Source: Eledone cirrhosa
Taxonomy: Eukaryota
Assembly (NCBI GenBank): GCA_964016885.1
Contig: OZ024753.1
Coordinates: forward strand, 24,614,001 to 24,678,000
Length of the DNA stretch: 64,000 bases
Direction: 5' to 3'
This document shows positions 41,734-54,087 of this stretch, in pieces. The notes under the pieces are model-generated. The model was not told the DNA's origin. It did no database searches and was given only the letters and a program-made list of their open reading frames with translations. The translations under genes and the position numbers were made by a program. Each line of letters begins with the position of its first letter. Position 1 is the first letter of the stretch.

Positions 41734-42164
41734 AGGCACATATGATTTAGATTATGGCAGCGATTGAACTATTTTATTTTCAATAAACCTTGTTGCCTTG
41801 AAATTGAGACAAAGTGTGAGTGTATATGAAATTCAGAGAAGTAATTTGAAGAAGACTGAAACACAAGAAATAGCTGTTAAAACAGATGAATGCTCTTAAT
41901 GACAGCATGAAAGTGGGGTAAAAATACATCTAAGGACAGAAATCAATGGCCAATGGGTGGTAAAAAGAAAAGTTGTGAGGTGGGGTGACAGGTAGATGAA
42001 ACAGAAAAGAATGAGAGAGAAGAACTGTGTCGTCATAGAGAAATGATAAGAAAAATAGAATTAGAAGCTTTCACTGAATTTTTATTACAGAAAATAGTCT
42101 AATAACAAGGCATGCTCTATTTTTTTCCACATGACCATACTAATGCAGTCTCCTTTCCTGCACC

Positions 42165-42350
42165 CTACATCTTTTTCCTCTTAGCTTATCCATGCTTTGT
42201 TGTTAATGCACCTTATCAGTGCACATCCATCAGAGCATGCTAGCTTCATTTCTCTGTAGCCTTCACATATATCCTCTGCATTCATTGCTTATATGTCTCA
42301 CTGCCATGCAACATCACACATCACACACATGCATCATATAACTGGTTTTT
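42165..42350 (-). mobile_element. Degraded RTE fragment
   Basis: GAGCATGCTAGCTTCATTTCTCT...GTCTCACTGCCATGCA matches the MLHGSET / RNEASML region of the other RTE copies. Confidence 0.65.
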
Positions 42351-42706
42351 GTTTGTAGAGAGAGAGAAAGACTGCTGAAAATAGTCAATTCTTTCAGATA
42401 ATTAGGCAGTGTAATATTGTAGCATCATTTGATAGCACCTGAGACAAATTTTGTCTAGAATCAGCATGGCAATCAAGCATTTTGATCGTGCTCTGCTTCA
42501 ATGCTGACTCATCTAAAAATCAGATTGTCAACAAATTTGAAAATATACAAAACTATTAAAATATCCAGTCTAGTCTTTAGTTGTCTTGAAAACACAAATA
42601 CCATCATCTTGAAACATTCCACATGCTCCTTGTGTTAGTGTATAATGGCTATATATTGATATTGATAGGACTGGCTTCTCAATTGGGGGATACTAGATTT
42701 ATTTAA

Positions 42707-42881
42707 CCCTTTAGCATTTTGTATTTTATCTTACATAATATCAAATCTATGAGATTTTGAGGTTATTTATTTTGAAAACAATACCTTAATGTCAGTGTGA
42801 GTGGCCAGTTACAGTCAGTTTGAAGAGAAACAGGTGAGAGAATTCTGGCCAGATACGGCAGCCAGTTTAAATGCTAAAGGG
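42707..42881. mobile_element. piggyBac-superfamily MITE (175 bp)
   Basis: Perfect 13-bp TIRs CCCTTTAGCATTT / AAATGCTAAAGGG with TTAA target duplication at 42703-42706 and 42882-42885. Confidence 0.88.
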
Positions 42882-43204
42882 TTAAATTCAGAAACATTAT
42901 AAGGCAATAGTTTGTAAATCACAGAATGTAATCTGGATAGATAATACAAGCTATTCTGTCAGAAGTCCAAAGGAGCCTATGGGTGTCACCAAATATAGAA
43001 CATCTTGTACCAGTGAGAGTACAAGTTGGTGTAGTGTTATGTGTGAGAGACAGTCAGCTAATTTGAGGAGTTCAATATCCCTTAAGTCTGTACCAGTAAT
43101 AGTATAAATTAGTGCAGTTATATGAGAGAGGAAGAGAGAGAGAGGGGGAGAGTTAGCTGTTTTAAGGAGCTCAATGGAAGCAGGATTCTCAGTAACATAG
43201 TAAT

Positions 43205-43539
43205 GGAGGCACATGGCTTAGTGGTTAGAGCATTGGCCTTGCAATCGAAAGGTTGTGAGTTCAATTCTCAGACCGGGTCATGTGTTGTTTCCTTGAGCAA
43301 GACACTTTATTTCACATTGCTCCAGTTTACTCAGCTGTAGAAATGAGATGATAGGGACTTGGGTCCCTATCATTCCACTGCAAAGTGGTCGTGGAGGTGC
43401 CACGGCAAAAAAGCACCCAGCACTCACTGTAAATGAGGTTGGTGTTAGGAAGAGCATCCAGCTGTAGAAATCAAGCCAGTATCAGTTCCCGTCCCACCCT
43501 TGCAAGCAGAGAAAAGCGGACGTAAAATGAAATGATGAT
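43205..43539 (+). mobile_element. tRNA-derived SINE family A with RTE-derived 3' end
   Basis: A-box TGGCTTAGTGG, B-box GAGTTCAATTC, central TCCTTGAGCAAGACACTTTATTTCAC, tail near-identical to the RTE 3' end. Confidence 0.93.
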
Positions 43540-44319
43540 AGTTTATCTCTTGTACATCTTTTTACTTACAGAAAGCAATCTAAATATATAAATGCTTGGA
43601 TTTATTTACTAAAAACCAGATTCCATTAGTGATCACAAATATTTTAAAGTGATATCACCCATCAATTTTATTGGCAGGTTTTTTTCTAATTCTTATTGAG
43701 TTTGGGTTATTTTGTAAAAGTAATTCTTTTGTTTATAACACGATTCTTCTCTCTCAATCTTTTCTATGTTTCATCTACCTGTCACCCCACCTCACAACTT
43801 TTCTTTTTACCGCCCAGTGGCCACTGATTTCTGTATTTTTACCCCACTTACATGTTGTCATTAAGAGCATTCAGTTGTTTTAACAGCTATTTCTTGTGTT
43901 TGAGTCTTCAAATTATTTCTCTGAATTTCATATACACTGGAGTGAATTGACAGAATAATTACAGTAGACAAAATTGTAGTATTTTGTTTAGAGCCGTTTA
44001 CACTCACAGTTCAAACCCAACTGAGGTCAACTTTGCCCTTCATTCTTCCAATGTTGACAATTCTTGGGAATTCCGAATAACAATTATCATTCCAGTGAAA
44101 TCTAATTATTTAGGCACAAGACCATGGGTGGGTGGTAGTAGGGGGGTGTTGAAATCAATTATAAAGACCACAGTACATCACTGGTACTCCCAGGAATGTC
44201 AGAAAGATGAATTGTAAAAAGTGCGTAACTATTATAATTAAATTACTTCAGTTTTGGTGATGTTGGTGAGTTACAGATTATTTCAAGTTACTTTTAAGAG
44301 AGTTGTATCTTTTTTTTTT

Positions 44320-44680
44320 CATCATCTGGTCATCTGGTTCCTCCAGCCTCACAGCAATGGGCCACTAAGATCTTCCATTGTTCTGCCTCTCGCAAGGGTT
44401 GGTTGCTGCTTGAGACCAGTTTGTGCCACAATTGCACAGGTTCTTTTTTAGAGAGGATCTCCGGGTCTTCTTTGGTCTACCCCTTTGGTCTTTTCTCACC
44501 AGCTGACACCCTTGTCATTGCAGTTCTTGCTGGTATATTATCCTCTACTTGTAGGACATACCCTGCCATTTGCATTCTTCTGCTCTTGATAAAACCCAGG
44601 CATGTGGCATTGGCTCTTCAAAGCACATCTTCACTTGTGATCTTGTATTCCCAGCTAATGCCTACAATCTTTCTTCTGTA
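44320..44680 (-). mobile_element. Degraded RTE-clade LINE 3' remnant
   Basis: Minus strand gives KSRRMQMAGYVLQ...EKRPKGRPK, a degenerate form of the RRLRWAGHV...GRP motif. Confidence 0.55.
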
Positions 44681-45064
44681 GCTTGTCCTAAGTCGTTGAG
44701 AAAGGAAGAATGTTGAACATAGAGCTGGTGTCTACACACTCCTCCTTCCAGTGTGTCACTCTCCTCTGACTATTCCTCAACATGCCAGTCGTCATCACAT
44801 GTCCCCATTTTCTGAGATCTTTTACCAATACTTCCCAACAATTAACATCTAATATTTAATTTATTGTGGTTTTATCATCATCAGAAAAGTTACTGATAAT
44901 AGAAGTTTACTGAGAAAATGTCGGGATGGGGGGAGGGTCTTTCTTTTCCTTGGAGATGCAGATTGTTATTAAAACACCCAGTTTAGATAAAAATAAAAAA
45001 TGCTGACATCTTTCTCATAAATATATTTTCATTAATGCAATCAATTAATGACTACAACTTTAAT

Positions 45065-45410
45065 GGAGGTACATGGCTTAGTGGTTAGAGCATTGGCCTT
45101 GCAATCGAAAAGTTGTGTGTTCAATTCTCAGACCGGGTGATGTGTTGTTTCCTTGAACAAGACATTTTATTTCACATTGCCCCAGTTTACTCAGCTGTAG
45201 AAATGAGATGAGAGGACTGGGGCCACTATCATTCCACTGCAAAGTGGTCGTGGAGGTGCCACGGCAAAAAAGCACCCAGCACTCACTGGAAATGAGGGTG
45301 GTGTTAGGAAGGGCATCCAGCTGTAGATATCAAGCCAGAATCAGTTCCCGTCCCACCCTTGCAAGCAGGGAAAAAGCGGAAATGAAATGAAATGAAATGA
45401 ATGAAATGAA
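45065..45410 (+). mobile_element. SINE family A copy
   Basis: Near-identical to the 43205 copy; (GAAAT)n tail. Confidence 0.93.
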
Positions 45411-46275
45411 CTTTAATATATAACAGATGGCAAAAGTGGGACAAAAGAAAGATAAAACAAAAATATTGAGAAAAAAGAGAAGGGGTAAAGAAGGACAGAT
45501 CTGATTGTATGGGAAAGTAGGGAAAAAGCTAGGACTTTTAGGCCACAGAAGTGGGTAGGAGAGGGAAGAGGGTGATGGGCTAGGGTGGGACAGTGTTTGG
45601 CCTGCACCCCAAGGACAAAGCTGCAAAGGCAATCAACTATACCAAAATCTTAGAAATAAGATAGCAATGAGAACTAGAATGAGTTTATAAACATTTAAAG
45701 TGCTTGAAATTGTCTGAATGAAAATCATAATAAAACTGTAAATTTGCCTCACTGAATTTCATTGTAGTTTAGATATGAAATGAAAATATTTCACAGCTTC
45801 TCTGAGAGGATATTGCAGTGAAATATGACAGCTAAATAGGCAATTTTACCTTCAAGCAATATAACAACTCAAAGTCACATTATAAAATAGACAGAAAATA
45901 TAATAGTCAACAAATGAATGGTGTGAAGTAAAATGAGTAAAAGAGACAATATGAAAGAATAGAGAGAAAAGTGAAGACAAAACACAAGCAAATGGTATAG
46001 GGGAAATACCAAGTGAATAATCACAAAAGAAAATGAAAAAGAAGAGAGATAACTAAAATACATGAAATGACAGTGAGAGGAGAGCTATGTCTGTATATAT
46101 TTTAGTCTCAGACCCCTGATGATGATGATGACTGTTGGTACCATTAGGTTCAAACTTCTCACTGAATTACTATAATTCAATCATATTAATTACCATAATT
46201 TCAACCAACAGTAGCTACTTATGTTCTTCAAATCAGATTGCCAACTACTATCACTTATTACATTATTTATACGTG

Positions 46276-46320
<45 letters not shown>

Positions 46321-46337
46321 ATAATATATATATAATA

Positions 46338-46525
46338 ATAATTGTTTCTACTTGAGGCACAAGGCCAGCAATTACCCAGTGCATTACTGGTACTTTATTT
46401 TATCGACCCCGTAAGGATGAAAGGCAAAGTCAACCTCGGCGGGATTTGAACTCAGATCGTAAAGGTACGTAACTATGCTGGAAAGCATGGTGTCTGACCC
46501 TCTACCGATACTACCAATCCACCGC
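46338..46525 (-). mobile_element. SINE family B copy
   Basis: Reverse complement of 13453-13640. Confidence 0.9.
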
Positions 46526-46527
46526 AT

Positions 46528-46558
<31 letters not shown>

Positions 46559-46561
46559 TAT

Positions 46562-46907
46562 GGAGGCACATGGCTTAGTGGCTAAAGCATTGGCCTTGCA
46601 ATCAAAAGGTTGTGAGTTCAATTCTCAGACCGGGTGATGTGTTGTTTCCTTGAACAAGACACTTTATTTCACATTGCTCCAGTTTACTCAGCTGTAGAAA
46701 TGAGATGATAGGGACTGGGGTCCCTATCATTCCACTGCAAAGTGGTCGTGGAGGTTCCATGGCAAAAAAGCACCCAGTACTCACTGTAAAATGAGGTTGG
46801 TGTTAGGAAGGGCTTCCAGCTGTAGAAATCAAGCCAGAATCAGTTCCCATCCCACCCTTGCAAACAGGGAAAAGCGGACGTAAAATGATGATGATGATGA
46901 TGATGAT
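46562..46907 (+). mobile_element. SINE family A copy
   Basis: Near-identical to other copies; (ATG)n tail. Confidence 0.93.
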
Positions 46908-47000
46908 ATATATAAATATATAACGAAGGAGATGTGGTAAGGAACCAGATAATGCACCAGAGTACTCAATACTTAGGGTAGTAGAGAGGGTAATAGGAAA

Positions 47001-47108
47001 AAGTATGACCTCGACGGCAGAGCTCAAGCCCTTTCAACGGTTATTTCTGGACTAAATTATAATTTTTAGCCTGGTAAATAAATAGCAGAACTTATCAAGG
47101 GGGTACTT
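47001..47108 (-). ncRNA. Second, more damaged copy of the U3-A8 hammerhead in the left arm
   Basis: Minus strand keeps UUGAUAA, GAAA and GCCGUC, but stem III starts GGGC (mismatch). Confidence 0.5.
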
Positions 47109-47623
47109 CCTTATATGGGAAGATTGTAGTTGTCAAGAGGATTAGTCAAAAATTTGTTGTAAACACAAGTGTCTATCATGGCATTTGGTGGGAGGTAGGG
47201 GTGGATAACTTGCCTGTAGAACAATGAAGGAGTGGGTGGAGCCGGTCAAGCGTTGAAAATGAGATCTATACAGCAGATTCTAAGGATAGTGTATGAAAAG
47301 TCAAAGAACTTTCTCACTATCTATTTTATATATTTTTTTATATTTCTTTCTATTATTTTTTATTGTCTCCTACTCTCATCTGATTTACCTATTCTATACC
47401 CTCCTCCATTTTCTCCAGAACAATTCTTTGACTTTTCATACACTATCCTTAGAATCTGCTGTATACATATCATTTTCAACGCTTGACCGGCTCCACCCAC
47501 TCCTTCATTGTTCTACAGGCAAGTTATCCACCCCTACCTCCCACCAAATGCCATGATAGACACTTGTGTTTACAACAAATTTTTGACCAATCCACTTGAC
47601 AACTACAATCTTCCCATATAAGG

Positions 47624-47732
47624 AAGTACCCCCTTGATAAGTTTGGCTATTTATTTACCAGGCTAAAAATTCTAATTTAGTCCAGAAATAGCTGTCGAAA
47701 CGGCTTGGGGCTCTGCCGTCGGAGTCATACTT
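47624..47732 (+). ncRNA. Type-I hammerhead motif with variant core UUGAUAA (U3-A8)
   Basis: AAGUACCCCC-UUGAUAA(47634-47640)-long stem II (GGCUAUUU/AAAUAGCU)-GAAA(47697-47700)-CGGC-uuggggcucu-GCCG-UC^(47720)-GGAGUCAUACUU; stem I imperfect. Confidence 0.7.
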
Positions 47733-47754
47733 TTTCCTATATATATATATATAT

Positions 47755-48092
47755 GGAGGCACATGGCTTAGTGGTTTGAGCATTGGCCTTGCAATCGAAA
47801 GGTTGTGAGTTCAATTCTCAGACCAGGTGATGTGCTGTTTCCTTGAGCAAGACACTTTATTTCACATTGCTCCAGTTTACTCAGCTGTAGAAATGAGATG
47901 ATAGGGACTGGGGTCCCTATCATTCCACTGCAAAGTGGTCGTGGAGGTGCCACAGCAAAAAAGCACCCAGCACTCACTGTAAATGAGGTTGGTGTTAGGA
48001 AGGGTATCCAGCTGTAGAAATCAAGCCAGAATCAGTTCCCGTCCCACCCTTGCAAGCAGGGAAAAGTGGACGTAAAATGAAATGATGATGAT
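47755..48092 (+). mobile_element. SINE family A copy
   Basis: Near-identical to other copies; inserted in (TA)n. Confidence 0.93.
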
Positions 48093-48138
48093 ATATATAT
48101 ATATATGAACTATGTAAATTTCACTATATATATATATA

Positions 48139-48855
48139 TCATCATCATCATCATTTTACGTCCGCTTTCCCCTGCTTGCAAGGGTGGGATGGGTCTTATT
48201 CAGCACAGCATCTCTCCACTTGTCATGGTCCTTCGTCATCTCCACCATGAGCTTCAGCGATCTGAGTTCTGTTCTCACCACCTCCGCCCATGTTTTTCGT
48301 GGTCTACCTCTACCATGTCTTCCTTCAACTGGCATTTCCTGGCACTTCTTCACCCATCGGTCATCCTCCATGCGCATCACATGTCCATACCATTCAGTCT
48401 CCTCTCTCGCATACTACATTCTATCCCTCTCAGACACAGTTTCTCTCTCAACACATTCATGCTGGGTCGTTCATGCACATTGACATTGCACATCCAATGG
48501 AGCATGCTTGCCTCATTTCTCTCGAGCCGTCGCATATCCTCTGCAGTTGCTGCCCATGTCTCACTACCATGCAGCATCGCGCTCCTCACAAAGGCATCAT
48601 ATAACTGGCCTTTCGTACGCAGAGGAAGCAGCTCCCTAAACTTTTTCCAATCCGTCCTTATTCTAGATACTATGGCCTCAGAACACCCCCTTCCATGCTA
48701 GTCTCATCTCCTAGGTACCGGAAGCTATCCACCACTTCTATAGCACCCGCCTGCATTTGAAAAATGTGTCTATCAATGCGACTTCTACTGTCTGGTTTCC
48801 CTGTACATCTACTGCATACATATTTCTCCCTACCTGTTAGTTTGCCTGCTATCCC
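48139..48855 (-). mobile_element. RTE-BovB-like LINE 3' fragment
   Basis: Close match to 3935-4675; ORFs 48377..48589 and 48156..48380; short internal deletion near 48620. Confidence 0.92.
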
Positions 48856-49176
48856 ATATATATATATAAATAAATAAATATATAAGTTGGAATAGAATGA
48901 AACGAAATTTCATTTCTCACTCTTAGTACGGCACTTACTTAAATGTAAGTATGTATGTATACGTACATACATATATGTATACAGACGTACAGTAGCATGT
49001 ATATATATATATATATATATATACATACAGGCACACATATATACATGTACGTATCAGTTTAGCGAATATTTATTATAACATTCGCTTTGTTCGTTTGTAA
49101 ACAAACGGACAGCCTGATTTATGCCGTACGGTGTTAAGGCAACCACGTCACCTTTTTGTTCAACACTGACACAGGA

Positions 49177-49219
49177 ACGATGTACTAGTTTCAAGCTTGT
49201 TAGCTATCGTCAGCACCGT
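49177..49219 (-). ncRNA. Very compact (43-nt) type-I hammerhead motif
   Basis: Minus strand: ACGGUG-CUGACGA-U-AGCU-aaca-AGCU-U-GAAA-CUAG-UA^-CAUCGU; 6-bp stem I, palindromic stem III, U.U at the base of stem II. Confidence 0.7.
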
Positions 49220-49948
49220 ATACCCTTCTGCCAGATGGTTGAACGTTCGAAAGTATATACTTTCCTTATGAAAATTAACGGCTGAGCAGCCTAATTTGCA
49301 TATCGAGTGAGTTCAGTCGGCCAGGCGCACCGATGTAGCACCCATCCACCATCTGAGTGAGTTTCTTGGTCAGTGTCCAAGTCTTAGACCTTTAGTATAT
49401 TGACCACTATAGAAAATGAATGCTTTGGTCATTTTACTATTTTATTTACTCCAATTTAGAAATAGTATCAGAAGCCGATAGGCTGCATTTAATGTCAATT
49501 GGATTGGAACAACAAAATCTAGTCGAAGTATTTTTGAACATAATATTTATTTGTGTGAACGTATTCTCCAAGTGTGTTTGCAGATGTCATCAAAGAAATA
49601 CTTATTTGTGTGGCAAAGATTACAAAGTGTATGCATATAATACTAGATTACCTTGGTAAGTTGTCGAGAGTTTATAGACATAATATTTTCCGTACCAAGA
49701 TTAACATAGACATTTGTTGGGTTATAGTCGAACCCAAGTCGAATTGATGAGGACAGCAGAATTTAATGTGTTCTCATTTGAGAACTATCTGTTGAACTGT
49801 AGAGATCAGAGTTATGACGTAATACATTAGTCATTGACTGATATGTTGAACTGGCTCGTGATTGGCCAGTTTCTAGGTAAGGTCAGTTAGTACAATAGCA
49901 GTCAGTTTCCAAGAATTCCAGGGGAAATTTACTGCTTACTACAGACCC

Positions 49949-52860
49949 CTACAGTAGCCCAGACTTCAATGTAGCAAAGAAGAGACTGATCCTCAGGTCT
50001 TTACGAAGGCCCAACTTCCACACCAATCTGTGGTATGTTGCCCAGGCTTTGCTCTTCCTCTCGACCACATCATCTTCTGTATTCCCAATCTTTGCTCCCA
50101 GATACAGGAAGTCCTCAATCAACTCTAGTGGCTTCCTGCCTACATTCGTAATCTTCTCTGGCTTCTTAATATTCTCTACCAGATACTTCATCTTACTCTC
50201 ATTGATTCTCAGCTCCACACTCATCGACAGTCTCCACCTCCTGCATCAAATCCTCTGCCTCCTTCACTGTGTTTGTCACCAGAACTATGTCGTCGGCAAA
50301 TTCAGCATCCGATATCTATTTTGCCTTAACTCTCCTGCTCTGAGCCGATGTTACAGTAAAGCCGGAGTCCTGGTGTTTCTCTAACGCAAAGCGCATACAA
50401 TAATCCACTGCGATGATAAAAAGGTAGGGAACCAATGTATCTCCCTGGAGCACTCCAGCCAGTATCTCAAAGAACTCTGTCATCCCACCAGGTGTAATGA
50501 CTTGGGCTTTGGTGTTGGTGTAGAGAAGTGATATCAGGTCCACTATCTTCTTGGGGATTCCATAAGCCTGTAAGATCTTCATCAGGCAGTGACAGTCCAC
50601 AGAATCAAAGGCCTTCCTAAAGTCAATGAAAACCATGACAACAGGAAGGCTCTTTGCTCTAGCTCCCTTTAATATGCTCTTCAGCATCAGGATGTGACTG
50701 GTAGTTGATCTACCATCTCTGAAGCCATACTGATTGTCCCTGAGCTTCTTCTCCATCTCGGGCTGGATCCTGTTAAGAATCATCATCCTGTTGAGGGTCT
50801 TTGCCACAAGTGACGTCAGTGAGATCCCCCTGTAGTTGTTGATGTTAGAGAGATCTCCCTTCTTTGGCACTGGGATGATGTTACTGATCCTCCACTGATT
50901 CGGGGCAACTTCTTTCTCCAGTGCCTGGTTACAGAACCCCAGGGTGATATCATCAAAATCACACCTCTTCATCACCTCTGATGCCACTCCATCTTCTCCA
51001 TGAGCCTTTACCTCATTGATCTTCTTCTTGGCTCTCTGAAGCTCCTCTCTGGTGAAGGGTCCTGTCTCAATATCCAGTTCCTCAAACAGCCGTCTAATCT
51101 CCCCAGTGTTCTGGGCTGTGGAGGGCTGCTCTCTTAGTAAGGTAATAAAATAATCTAACCATTTCCTCTTCCTATCCTCAGGCCCTGTTCCATAGATCTG
51201 ACTCGAACACCTACTCTTCCTCCCTGTGATCTCGATGATCATCCAGCTCTCCCTACACCCAGACCTGTCAACTGCTCTCTCCACACTTCTGATCTTCTCT
51301 AGCAGTACACCCTCTCTGGCCTCAGTATAAGCGGTACAGAGTTCATCCCTCATCACCTCCATATTCTCCTTTCTCTCCTCCGTAAGATCAGCATGGAATT
51401 GGACCTTGGCAGCTTTCAGGTGTTCTCTGGCTGCACACACTTTTGGGTTTGCAGAGTTGACGTTCTTCCTCTTCTTCTCTCTCCTTGGCACCAGAGTCTC
51501 ACTTGCTTCCGCCACTGCAGTGGTGAAGTACCCGTACCTCCTCGTCACACTCTCCTCAATCCCTCCAATCTCACTCTCCTCAGTCCCTCCAATCTCTCTC
51601 TCCTCTCTCTCTCCACACAGAGCACTGAACCTGTTCCTCACTTCTACTGTGAACCTCTCCTGTAGCTTATCATCTTCCTTGAAAGCTCCCCAGTCATAGA
51701 TTGCTCTCCGGGGCTGAGCCTTGCTCTTTCTTAAGCTCACCCGGACGTCACTCATAACAAGTCGGTGGTCACTACCCAGTGTACTGAAATAGTTGTATGG
51801 TTCTGTGTTCAGAACACTATTCTGCCAATTTTTCCTCACCAGAATGAAATCAATCTGGGACTTGGACAGGTGCATATCTGAGATGTAGGTCCACATCTTC
51901 CCCGGATTATTCCTAAACGTTAGGTTGGTCGCCATCAAGTTTGCCTCCAGCAGGGTGTCTCTCAGTAGTCTTCCATTTCGGTTGGTGTTGTTATGGAAGT
52001 ACCAGAAAGGATCTTCACTGCTCTCCTTACTCAGATGTGCATTGAAGTCTCCCAGAACAAGCAGGATGTTGTGAGCTTGTGTGGTGTTGACAGCTCTACA
52101 CACCTCCTCATAGAATTCCTCTGCACTCACATCACTGTCTCCCTCGGTTGGTCTATAGGCTGAGATGACTGTCAGTCTTGGGTTTCCCTTGAAGGTCAAC
52201 CTCAACACTTGTGGGGAGACATGTATGATTTCCCTCACCAACAGATTGGTTTTTGGCTGAAAACAAAACCCACTCCTCCTACTGCAGCATTCGCTGTGTT
52301 CTTCACTGCTGATGTGGTGATGAGCTGGCTCCTCTTCCCAATCATCACTCTCTTCACGGGCTCATCATGTAGGATGCTGTGTTCTTGGATCGCAAGTATC
52401 TGCATACCACTCTCCTCGAACATATGACCCAACTCCTCTCTTTTCTCCAACGTCCGAACAGTCTTCATATTCAGAGTGCCCATGTTAATGGCTCTTCTGC
52501 AGGACAAAACTGTATTCTTTATATTTGTCTCAGAGACAGCTGATCCATCATCCACAGGCCCTCCCTGTGGTTCTAAGCCAGCAGAGTCATAACGACCAGA
52601 CTGCTCCTTGACAGTGTAGTTAGAGGCTCTAACCCTAATGCTGTTAAATCGACTCTCCATGGTTCTTTTCAGTGGCTGATAATACCTTACCAGCGTCACT
52701 CGAATAAGGTAATTATTTAACCCATAAATGGGGCCCTAACAGGTACTACAACACCGGGCCAGAGCAGACCTGCGAGTAGTAACAACTAAGGGGTAACTCC
52801 ACATTCCCCACAGCTGCTGAACTCCTGAACTGGAGCCATGCTACTGGATAACTGAGTTAT
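49949..52860 (-). mobile_element. RTE-clade (RTE-X-like) LINE with APE endonuclease and reverse transcriptase, frameshifted, 3' end missing
   Basis: APE motifs GTLN, AIQEH, GGVGF, SAY.PT, LGDFNA, QIDFIL, SDHR; RT motifs PKKGDL..NYRGISL, FIDFRKAFDS, GVLQGDTL.PYLF, FADD (~50290), FLYLG; split over ORFs 52235..52699, 50316..52241 and 49949..50224; 5' boundary approximate. Confidence 0.93.
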
Positions 52861-52997
52861 GTTCATAACAGATACAAAATACTCAACAGATAAATTTATC
52901 TGGAGTATCTAAACTATAATGAAGGGAGGAGCGCAGGAGTGTACAGAACATATTTTTTATCCTGTTTGTAAAATAAATTGGATTCTTTGAATAAATA

Positions 52998-53165
52998 ATT
53001 GTTTCTTCTTTAGGCACAAGGCCAGCAATTATCCAGTGCATTACTGGTACTTTATTTTATCGACCCCGTAAGGATGAAAGGCAAAGTCAACCGCGGCGGG
53101 ATTTGAACTCAGACCGTAAAGGGACGTAACTATGCTGGAAAGCATGGCGTCCGACCCTCTACCGA
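52998..53165 (-). mobile_element. SINE family B copy, slightly 5'-truncated
   Basis: Reverse complement of 13475-13640. Confidence 0.9.
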
Positions 53166-53554
53166 AATGAATGAATATTACGATAAAATATAAATAATTT
53201 TTTCGCTTATTTAAAGATTCACTTCTTTAAAATTTACAAATATCAACACTTCTGGTATAGTGCCTGTCATATTGTAACACTTATCACATCACTTATATAA
53301 ACATTCATATATTTCCATCACTAATTTTCTCCTAATGTAGTTTATCCTCTTTTTTTGATGTATCATGGATTACGTGACTGATTACATAAGACAGTGTAAC
53401 GCAGTCTTCGTTCAATTTCTGTGTATATTGTCAATTACGATTTTATTTGATGTATCATATCTACATGTATATATACTTGCGTATAATATTAATATGCACA
53501 TTACACATGCCAGCAGAAAAACAGCCAAAAGGTGGTTTTTCTGCTAATTATGAT

Positions 53555-54087
53555 AATAATAATAATAAACGAAAGATATAATTTTATCACTAACATCATT
53601 ATTTATTTCATTATATATATTTCGGAGATGCAAAAATTTATGTTTGACAAATTATAGCATATATAGATAAAACACAAATTATAGTATATATAGATAAAAT
53701 ACATGAGGTGTATAAAATGTTTGATGGCAATAAGCTATACACATTTAACAGTTTTTTCTGATGAATCTAATTATGCAATTTAAAAAAAAACATATGAAGC
53801 CTTTATATTAACTGTCTTTATTTCTTTTTTTTTATCTCTCCCAATAACATTACATCCTAGAAAATTTTAAGATTTTGAATCGTATACCCACTTGTAATTG
53901 ATCTGTTAAGGTCACTCTTGTGAGTATGTCCTCAAACATTTTAAACATCACATGTATTTTATCTGAAGAAGGCATGCTATAATTTATGTCAAACATAAAT
54001 TTTTGCATCCCCAAAATATATATAATGAAATAAATAGTGATGTTATAAAATTATATCTTTCGTTTATTACTATTATTATTATTATTA
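53555..54087. repeat. Inverted repeat, arms ~53555-53725 and ~53930-54087
   Basis: AATAAACGAAAGATATAATTTTAT...ATTTATTTCATTATATATATTT..G.GATGCAAAAATTTATGTTTGACA is mirrored on the right. Confidence 0.88.
53955..54032 (+). ncRNA. Hammerhead family HH-A copy with damaged core (GAAA to AAAA)
   Basis: UAUUUUAU-CUGAAGA-AGGCAUGC...GCAUCCCC-AAAA-UAUAUA-UA-AUGAAAUA; the opposite arm keeps CGAAA but has lost CUGANGA. Confidence 0.65.

Larger units (their letters stand above)
41819..43938. repeat. Long inverted repeat, arms ~41819-42024 and ~43744-43938, spacer ~1.7 kb
   Basis: AGTGTATATGAAATTCAGAGAA...GTTGTGAGGTGGGGTGACAGGTAGATGAAAC is reverse-complemented on the right, with a few indels. Confidence 0.9.
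46993..47740. repeat. Long hairpin-type inverted repeat, ~316-bp arms (46993-47308 / 47424-47740), ~115-bp loop
   Basis: Arms are reverse complements with scattered mismatches, e.g. GTGTCTATCATGGCATTTGGTGGGAGGTAGGGGTGGATAAC vs GTTATCCACCCCTACCTCCCACCAAATGCCATGATAGACAC. Confidence 0.97.

Noticed and set aside
43205-43280. tRNA genes at SINE heads
   Set aside because: A and B boxes are present but there is no proper acceptor stem, and they continue into SINE bodies in multiple copies
53752-53800. CTGATGA followed by a weak hairpin
   Set aside because: No GAAA box or stem I; at best a dead remnant
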